Source: Octopus sinensis
Lineage: Eukaryota
Assembly (NCBI RefSeq): GCF_006345805.1
Contig: NW_021828667.1
Coordinates: forward strand, 1 to 8,064
DNA length: 8,064 bases
Direction: 5' to 3'
The notes beneath the pieces are model-generated. The model did not search any database and was not told the origin of the DNA. It saw only the letters and a program-made list of their open reading frames with translations. The position numbers were made by a program, and so were the translations under genes. Of this stretch, positions 1-7,040 are shown one piece after another. Numbering within the stretch: position 1 is the first letter of the stretch; every line of letters starts with the position of its first letter.

Positions 1-439
1 GGTACTTGAGATTAGTAATAGATGCGTAATATATTATGCAATTTTGGGAGGTGGCCAAGATGTGAAGATACGAGGGTACTTGAGATTATGTAATAGATTG
101 CGTAATAAATTGCGTAATATATTATGTAATTTGGAGAGGTCCCTTGATGTGAAGATACGAGGGTACTTGAAATTATGTAATTGATTGCGTAATAAGTTGC
201 GTAATATATTATGCAATTTTATTAAGTGCCAAGATGTGAAGATACGAGCGGTACTGAGATTATGTAATAGATTGCGTAATAAATTCGTAAATATTATGCA
301 ATTTGGGATGTGCCAAGAAGATGTGAAGATACGAGGGTACTTGAGATTATGTAATAGATTGCGTAATAAATTAGGTAATATATTATGTAATTTGTGAAAG
401 TCTCTAGATTTATGTATATGAGGGTACTTGAGATTATGT

Positions 440-722
440 AAGATTGGAAAGTACAAGAAGCTCTCTGAACGGTATCTGTTCACTCCACATCGCCGTCGAG
501 ACTTCCGGCGTCATCGGGCGAAAAAGTCTCTTTCCTTTCTAAAAAAGCTTGGCCGCATGATCTCCCATAAACGGGGAGACCCACGCGAGTCCAAGTGGCT
601 TTTCGAAAGAATTTCCTTGGCCATAGTACGTGGAAACTGTGTTTCCATTTACGATGCCGGGAATTTAGTTAGTTAATAACTATTTGTTAATTACATATAA
701 CTTTTAAAAATAAAAAAAAAAA
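440..722 (+). mobile_element. 5'-truncated non-LTR retrotransposon, CRE-like RLE clade, family A, copy 1
   Basis: Encodes KIGKY...FTP...LGRMISHKRGDPRESKWLFERISLAIVRGNC, with the stop at 674-676. AT-rich 3' UTR and an A11 tail at 712-722 follow. Three single-base insertions (~487, ~517, ~523) shift the frame locally relative to copy 2. Confidence 0.9.
712..722 (+). other. Poly(A) tail of family A copy 1 (A11). Also at 4008-4017 (A10) and 6532-6542 (A11)
   Basis: Direct count of the A-runs after CTTTTAAAAAT. Confidence 0.9.
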
Positions 723-900
723 GTTGCGTAATATATTATGCAATTTTGGGAGGTGCCAAGATGTGAAGATATGAGGATACTTGAGATTATATAATAGATT
801 GCGTAATAAATTAGGTAATATATTATGTAATTTGGAGAGGTCCCTTGATGTGAAGATACGAGGGTACTTGAGATTATGTAATAGATTGCGTAATAAATTG

Positions 901-1327
901 GGAGGATGGTAAGAGACCTGACGGGGTCTCACTCTTTCCCTACAAGAACGGGAAAGCAATCGTCTGGGATGCGACATGCTCTGATACTTTCGCATCATCA
1001 TGTCTTTCCTTGTCGGCGGTCGAGGCTGGCTCAGCAGCCAAGAGGGCGGAGACGAAGAAGGCATCTAAATACGCCTCCCTGATGGACCGTTTCATCTTCG
1101 AACCGGTGTCAGTTGAAACTTCCGGTGTACTTGGCCGTCTACTCTCTGTTTCCTCTCGAAGATCGGAAGGTCATTGGGAAGGGCGAGGAACGACCCCCGT
1201 GAACTGATGTGGCTTTTTGAGCGCATCTCTCTCGCAGTTCTAAGGGGGAACTGTTCCTCGATCCTCCTCTCGGCTGCGGTTCCGCCTCTTAATTAGTGAT
1301 TTCTTACCTTATAAACTGTCGATTAAA

Positions 1328-1356
<29 letters not shown>
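901..1356 (+). mobile_element. 5'-truncated non-LTR retrotransposon, CRE-like RLE clade, family B, copy 1
   Basis: Encodes EDGKRPDGVSLFPYKNGKAIVWDATCSDTFA...KKASKY...VETSG, with the stop at 1294-1296 and an A28 tail at 1329-1356. A 1-bp deletion near 1135 (GGCC vs GGCCC) shifts the frame relative to copy 2. Confidence 0.92.
1329..1356 (+). other. Poly(A) tail of family B copy 1 (A28). An identical-length A28 lies at 4539-4566
   Basis: Direct count of the A-runs after GATTAAAT. Confidence 0.95.
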
Positions 1357-1359
<3 letters not shown>

Positions 1360-1769
1360 CGTAATATTATGTAATTGGAGTGGTCCCTTGATGTGAGATA
1401 CGAGGCTACTTGAGATTATGTAATAGATTGCGTAATAAATTGCGTAATATATTATGTAATTTGGAGTGTCCCTGAGGTGAAGATACGAGGCTACTTGAGA
1501 TTATGTATATATTTGCGTAATAAATTGCGTAATATATTATGCAATTTTGGGAAGTGCCAAGATGTGAAGATACGAGGGTACTTGAATTATGTAATAGATT
1601 GCGTAATATATTATGCAATTTTGGGAGGTGCCAAGATGTGAAGATACGAGGGTACTTGAGATTATGTAATAGATTGCGTAATAAATTGCGTAATATATTA
1701 TGCAATTTGTGGAAGTCTCTAGATTTATGTATATGAGGGTACTTGAGATTATGTAATAGATTGCGTAAT

Positions 1770-1795
1770 AAATTGCGTAATATATTATGCAATTT
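1770..1795. other. 26-bp near-perfect palindrome AAATTGCGTAATATATTATGCAATTT (representative copy; present in most monomers)
   Basis: The arms pair at 12 of 13 positions with one G-T mismatch. Monomers reading TTATGTAAT have two G-T mismatches. Confidence 0.9.
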
Positions 1796-3738
1796 TGGGA
1801 TGTGCCAAGATGTTAAGATACGAGGGTATTTGAGATTATGTAATAGATTGCGTAATAAATTGCGTAATATATTATGTAATTTGGAGAGGTCCCTTGATGT
1901 GAAGATACGAGGGTACTTGAGATTATGTTATAGATTGCGTAATAAATTGCGTAATATATTATGCAATTTTGGGAGGTGCCAAGATGTGAAGATACGAGGG
2001 TACTTGAGATTATCTAATAGATTGCGTAATAAATTCGTAATATATTATGCAATTTTGGGATGTGCCAAGATGTGAAGATACGAGGGTACTTGAGATTATG
2101 TAATAGATTGCGAATAAATTGTGTGTAATATATTATGCAATTCTGGATGTGCCAAGATGTGAAGATACGAGGGTACTTGAGATTATGTAATAGATTGCGT
2201 AATAAATTAGGTAATATATTATGTAATTTGTGGAAGTCTCTAGATTTAAGTATATGAGGGTACTTGAGATTATTAAATAAATTATGTAATAAATTGCGTA
2301 ATATAATATGCAATTTTGGGAGGTGCCAAGATGTGAAGATACGAGGGTACTTGAGATTATGTAATAGATTGCGTAATAAATTGTGTAATATATTATGCAA
2401 TTTCGGAGCTGCCAAGATATGAAGATATGAGAAAACTTGAGATTATGTAATAGATTGCGTAATAATTAGGTCAATATATTATGTAATTTGTGGAAGTCTC
2501 TAGATTTAAGTATATGAGGGTACTTGAGATTATTAAATAAATTATGTAATAAATTGCGTAATATATAATGCTATTTGGGGAGTTCCCAAGATTTAGTGAT
2601 ACGAGGGTACTTGAGATTATGTAAAGATTGCGTCATATATTGCGTAATATATTATGCAATTTGTGAAAGTCTCTAGATTTATGTATATGAGGGTACTTGA
2701 GATTATGTAATAGATTGCGTAATAAATTGCGTAATATAATATGCAATTTTGGGAGGTGCCAAGATGTGAAGATACGAGGGTACTTGAGATTATGTAATAG
2801 ATTGCGTAATAAATTGTGTAATATATTATGCAATTTCGGGATGTGCCAAGATGTGAAGATACGAGGGTACTTGAGATTATGTAATAGATTGCGTAATAAA
2901 TTGCGTAATATATTATGTAATTTGGAGAGGTCCCTTGATGTGAAGATACGAGGGTACTTGAAATTATGTAATTGATTGCGTAATAAGTTGCGTAATATAT
3001 TATGCAATTTTATTATGTGCCAAGATGTGAAGATACGAGGGTACTTGAGATTATGTAATAGATTGCGTAATAAATTCGTAATATATTATGCAATTTTGGG
3101 ATGTGCCAAGATGTGAAGATACGAGGGTACTTGAGATTATGTAATAGATTGCGTAATAAATTAGGTAATATATTATGTAATTTGGAGAGGTCCCTTGATG
3201 TGAAGATCTGAGGGTACTTGAGATTATGTAATAGATTGCGTCATATATTGCGTAATATATTATGCAATTTGTGGAAGTCTCTAGATTTATGTATATAAGG
3301 GTACTTGAGATTATGTAATAGATTGCGTAATATATTATGCAATTTTGGGAGGTGCCAAGATGTGAAGATACGAGGGTACTTGAGATTATGTAATAGATTG
3401 CGTAATAAATTGCGTAATATATTATGTAATTTGGAGAGGTCCCTTGATGTGAAGATACGAGGGTACTTGAAATTATGTAATTGATTGCGTAATAAGTTGC
3501 GTAATATATTATGCAATTTTATTATGTGCCAAGATGTGAAGATACGAGGGTACTTGAGATTATGTAATAGATTGCGTAATAAATTCGTAATATATTATGC
3601 AATTTTGGGATGTGCCAAGATGTGAAGATACGAGGGTACTTGAGATTATGTAATAGATTGCGTAATAAATTAGGTAATATATTATGTAATTTGTGAAAGT
3701 CTCTAGATTTATGTATATGAGGGTACTTGAGATTATGT

Positions 3739-3972
3739 AAGATTGGAAAGTACAAGAAGCTCTCTGAACGGTATCTGTTCACTCCCATTGCCGTCGAGAC
3801 TTCCGGCGTCATCGGCGAAAAGTCTCTTTCCTTTCTAAAAAAGCTTGGCCGCATGATCTCCCATAAACGGGGAGACCCACGCGAGTCCAAGTGGCTTTTC
3901 GAAAGAATTTCCTTGGCCATAGTACGTGGAAACTGTGTTTCCATTTACGATGCCGGGAATTTAGTTAGTTAA
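3739..3972 (+). pseudogene. C-terminal 77 aa of a CRE-type RT-RLE protein (family A), 5'-truncated with no start codon of its own
   Basis: KIGKYKKLSERYLFTPIAVETSGVIGEKSLSFLKKLGRMISHKRGDPRESKWLFERISLAIVRGNCVSIYDAGNLVS*. The KxxKY, FxPxxxETxG and RxSxAxxRGN motifs are characteristic of the CRE RLE C-terminus (recognised from memory, not by search). Confidence 0.85.
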
Positions 3973-4017
3973 TAACTATTTGTTAATTACATATAACTTT
4001 TAAAAATAAAAAAAAAA
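3739..4017 (+). mobile_element. CRE-like non-LTR retrotransposon 3' end, family A, copy 2 (cleanest)
   Basis: Uninterrupted frame 3739-3972, 3' UTR and A10 tail at 4008-4017. Its 5' and 3' junctions match copy 1. Confidence 0.92.
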
Positions 4018-4108
4018 GTTGCGTAATATATTATGCAATTTTGGGAGGTGCCAAGATGTGAAGATATGAGGATACTTGAGATTATATAATAGATTGCGTA
4101 ATAAATTG

Positions 4109-4537
4109 GGAGGATGGTAAGAGACCTGACGGGGTCTCACTCTTTCCCTACAAGAACGGGAAAGCAATCGTCTGGGATGCGACATGCTCTGATACTTTCG
4201 CATCATCATGTCTTTCCTTGTCGGCGGTCGAGGCTGGCTCAGCAGCCAAGAGGGCGGAGACGAAGAAGGCATCTAAGTACGCCTCCCTGATGGACCGTTT
4301 CATCTTCGAACCGGTGTCAGTGGAAACTTCCGGTGTACTTGGCCCGTCTACTCTCCGTTTCCTCTCGAAGATCGGAAGGTCATTGGGAAGGGCGAGGAAC
4401 GACCCCCGTGAACTGATGTGGCTTTTTGAGCGCATCTCTCTCGCAGTTCTAAGGGGGAACTGTTCCTCGATCCTCCTCTCGGCTGCGGTTCCGCCTCTTA
4501 ATTAGTGATTTCTTTACCTTATAAACTGTCGATTAAA

Positions 4538-4566
<29 letters not shown>
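4109..4566 (+). mobile_element. CRE-like non-LTR retrotransposon 3' end, family B, copy 2 (cleanest)
   Basis: Uninterrupted frame 4110-4505, short 3' UTR and A28 tail at 4539-4566. Its junctions match copy 1. Confidence 0.93.
4110..4505 (+). pseudogene. C-terminal 131 aa of a CRE-type RT-RLE protein (family B), including the PD-(D/E)xK-type catalytic motifs. No RT, no CCHC knuckle, no N-terminus
   Basis: Manual translation: EDGKRPDGVSLFPYKNGKAIVWDATCSDTFASSCLSLSAVEAGSAAKRAETKKASKYASLMDRFIFEPVSVETSGVLGPSTLRFLSKIGRSLGRARNDPRELMWLFERISLAVLRGNCSSILLSAAVPPLN*. RPDG, WDxT and KxxKY are present. The ORF track captures only 4218-4505, from an internal TTG. Confidence 0.88.
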
Positions 4567-4569
<3 letters not shown>

Positions 4570-6259
4570 CGTAATATATTATGTAATTTGGAGTGGTCCC
4601 TTGATGTGAAGATACGAGGCTACTTGAGATTATGTAATAGATTGCGTAATAAATTGCGTAATATATTATGTAATTTGGAGTGGTCCCTTGATGTGAAGAT
4701 ACGAGGCTACTTGAGATTATGTAATATATTGCGTAATAAATTGCGTAATATATTATGCAATTTTGGGAAGTGCCAAGATGTGAAGATAAGAGGGTACTTG
4801 AATTATGTAATAGATTGCGTAATATATTATGCAATTTTGGGAGGTGCCAAGATGTGAAGATACGAGGGTACTTGAGATTATGTAATAGATTGCGTAATAA
4901 ATTGCGTAATATATTATGCAATTTGTGGAAGTCTCTAGATTTATGTATATGAGGGTACTTGAGATTATGTAATAGATTGCGTAATAAATTGCGTAATATA
5001 TTATGCAATTTTGGGATGTGCCAAGATGTTAAGATACGAGGGTATTTGAGATTATGTAATAGATTGCGTAATAAATTGCGTAATATATTATGTAATTTGG
5101 AGAGGTCCCTTGATGTGAAGATACGAGGGTACTTGAGATTATGTTATAGATTGCGTAATAAATTGCGTAATATATTATGCAATTTTGGGAGGTGCCAAGA
5201 TGTGAAGATACGAGGGTACTTGAGATTATCTAATAGATTGCGTAATAAATTCGTAATATATTATGCAATTTTGGGATGTGCCAAGATGTGAAGATACGAG
5301 GGTACTTGAGATTATGTAATAGATTGCGTAATAAATTGTGTAATATATTATGCAATTTCGGGATGTGCCAAGATGTGAAGATACGAGGGTACTTGAGATT
5401 ATGTAATAGATTGCGTAATAAATTAGGTAATATATTATGTAATTTGTGGAAGTCTCTAGATTTAAGTATATGAGGGTACTTGAGATTATTAAATAAATTA
5501 TGTAATAAATTGCGTAATATAATATGCAATTTTGGGAGGTGCCAAGATGTGAAGATACGAGGGTTCTTGAGATTATGTAATAGATTGCGTAATAAATTGT
5601 GTAATATATTATGCAATTTCGGGAGGTGCCAAGATATGAAGATATGAGAAAACTTGAGATTATGTAATAGATTGCGTAATAAATTAGGTAATATATTATG
5701 TAATTTGTGGAAGTCTCTAGATTTAAGTATATGAGGGTCTTGAGATTATTAAATAAATTATGTAATAAATTGCGTAATATATAATGCTATTGGGGAGTTC
5801 CAAGATTTAGTGATACGAGGGTACTTGAGATTATGTAAAGATTGCGTAATATTTGCGTAATATTTATGCAATTTTGGAATCTCTAGATTTATGTATATGA
5901 GGGTACTTCGATTATGTAATAGATGCGTAATAAATTGCGTAATATATTATGCATTTTGGGAAGTGCCAAGATGTGAAGATACGAGGTACTTGAGATTATG
6001 TAATAGATTGCGTAATAATTGCGTAATATATTATGTAATGTGGAGAGGTCCCTTGATGTGAAGATACGAGGGTACTGAAATTATGTAATTGATTGCGTAA
6101 TAGTTGCGTAATATATTATGCAATTTTATTATGTGCCAGATGTGAAGATACGAGGGTACTTGAGATTATGTAATAGATTGCGTAATAAATTAAGGTAATA
6201 TATTATGTAATTTGTGAAAGTCTCTAGATTTATGTATATGAGGGTACTTGAGATTATGT

Positions 6260-6542
6260 AAGTTGTAAGTAGAAAGCAAGAAGCTCTCTGAACGTATCCG
6301 GTTCACTCCCATCGCCGTCGAGACTTCCGGCGTCATCGGCGAAAAGTCTCTTTCCTTTCTAAAAAAGCTTGGCCGCATGATCTCCCATAAACGGGGAGAC
6401 CCACGCGAGTCCAAGTGGCTTTTCGAAAGAATTTCCTTGGCCATAGTACGTGGAAACTGTGTTTCCATTTACGATGCCGGGAATTTAGTTAGTTAATAAC
6501 TATTTGTTAATTACATATAACTTTTAAAAATAAAAAAAAAAA
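6260..6542 (+). mobile_element. CRE-like family A, copy 3 (noisy 5' end)
   Basis: From ~6305 onward it matches copies 1 and 2. Stop at 6494-6496 and A11 tail at 6532-6542. The first ~45 bp carry several indels. Confidence 0.88.
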
Positions 6543-6719
6543 GTTGCGTAATATATTATGCAATTTTGGGAGGTGCCAAGATGTGAAGATATGAGGATAC
6601 TTGAGATTATATAATAGATTGCGTAATAAATTAGGTAATATATTATGTAATTTGGAGAGGTCCCTTGATGTGAAGATACGAGGGTACTTGAGATTATGTA
6701 ATAGATTCGTAATAATTTG

Positions 6720-7040
6720 GGAGGATGTGTAAGAGACCTGACGGGTCTCACTCTTCCCTACAAGAACGAGAAAGCAATCGTCTGGGAGGCGACATGCTCT
6801 GATACTTTCGCATCATCATGTCTTTCCTTGTCGGCGGTCGAGGCTGCTCAGCAGCCAGAGGGCGGAGACGAAGAAGGCATCTAAGTACGCCTCCCTGATG
6901 GACCGTTTCATCTTCGAACCGGTGTCAGTGGAAACTTCCGGTGTACTTGGCCCGTCTACTCTCTGTTTCCTCTCTCGAGATCGGAAGGTCATTGGGAAGG
7001 GCGAGGAACGACCCCCGTGAACTGATGTGTGCTTTTGTGA
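6720..7040 (+). mobile_element. CRE-like family B, copy 3, lacking its 3' ~135 bp and poly(A)
   Basis: Collinear with copy 2 from GGAGGATG to ...GAACTGATGTG(T)GCTTTT, then switches directly to satellite GTAATAT...ATGCAATTTTGGGAGG at ~7041. Confidence 0.88.

Larger units (their letters stand above)
440..3738. repeat. Higher-order repeat unit 1 (~3.3 kb): A + 2 monomers + B + ~28 monomers
   Basis: The order of monomer variants in 1357-~2700 recurs at 4567-~5900 with an offset of ~3216 (GATGTTAAG at 1809/5025, GAGAAAACTT at 2429/5646). Confidence 0.9.
3739..6259. repeat. Higher-order repeat unit 2 (~2.5 kb): A + 1 monomer + B + ~20 monomers
   Basis: Same cassette and same first 16 monomer variants as unit 1, but about 8 fewer monomers before the next A. 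Confidence 0.9.

Noticed and set aside
47-60. Extra G (GGTGGCC) shared by the monomers at ~51 and ~7064, each followed by a C-type monomer
   Set aside because: It could mark a shared lineage, but a one-base homopolymer extension in noisy regions cannot be separated from systematic error, and the following monomers differ (A-type vs G-type).
371-375. TTAGG (arthropod telomere motif) in some monomers
   Set aside because: These are single isolated occurrences from a GC-to-AG variant of TTGCG. There is no tandem telomeric tract.
481-530. Frameshifts in element copies 1 and 3 as evidence of ancient decay
   Set aside because: They are mostly single-base indels at short homopolymers, concentrated in the outer parts of the window where satellite monomers are also noisy (1-530, ~5750-8064). 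Long-read error is the simpler explanation.
1791-1811. Possibility that the monomer is an SL-RNA or snRNA gene (the classic CRE targets): Sm-site-like AATTTTGG or AATTTGTGG followed by a small TTGG-N6-CCAA hairpin, and G|GTAC as a donor-like site
   Set aside because: No recognisable SL exon or snRNA body, and 87 bp leaves no room for a promoter. The motif and hairpin are lost in A-, M- and W-type or C- and X-type monomers, and such short motifs arise easily by chance. An Rfam/Infernal scan or a search of mRNA 5' ends would settle it.
1745-1918. Monomer dimer of 174 bp is close to nucleosome or alpha-satellite length
   Set aside because: No consistent dimeric alternation of variants is seen, and length alone says nothing about centromeric function.
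1406-3516. Long ORFs with 29-aa repeats on both strands (LHNLKYPRIFTSWHLPKLHNILRNLLRNL on minus; RLCNRLRNKLRNILCNFGRCQDVKIRGYL on plus), resembling a leucine-rich repeat protein
   Set aside because: They follow from an 87-bp period divisible by 3. A recurrent 1-bp deletion variant (AAATTCGTAAT at ~281, 2031, 3072, 3581, 5247, 7293) breaks both frames in every HOR unit. X-type monomers carry TGA on plus and W-type monomers carry TAG on minus.
1357-3738. CRISPR-like look: constant ~55-bp repeat alternating with a ~32-bp variable segment
   Set aside because: The variable segments are homologous to one another, fall into a few recurring types, and there are no cas genes. The poly(A) retroelements indicate a eukaryote.
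3727-3972. Apparent satellite-endonuclease fusion ORF (MRLCKIGKY...)
   Set aside because: The start is a satellite TTG just after an in-frame TGA, and only four codons are satellite-derived. The fragment lacks the RPDG and WDxT catalytic motifs.
3522-4435. Minus-strand ORFs (METQFPRT..., MPSSSPPSW..., MRSKSHISS...) and their copies at 687-1064, 6190-6468 and 6816-7055
   Set aside because: These are antisense shadows of the retroelement coding frames running into satellite, with no independent motifs.
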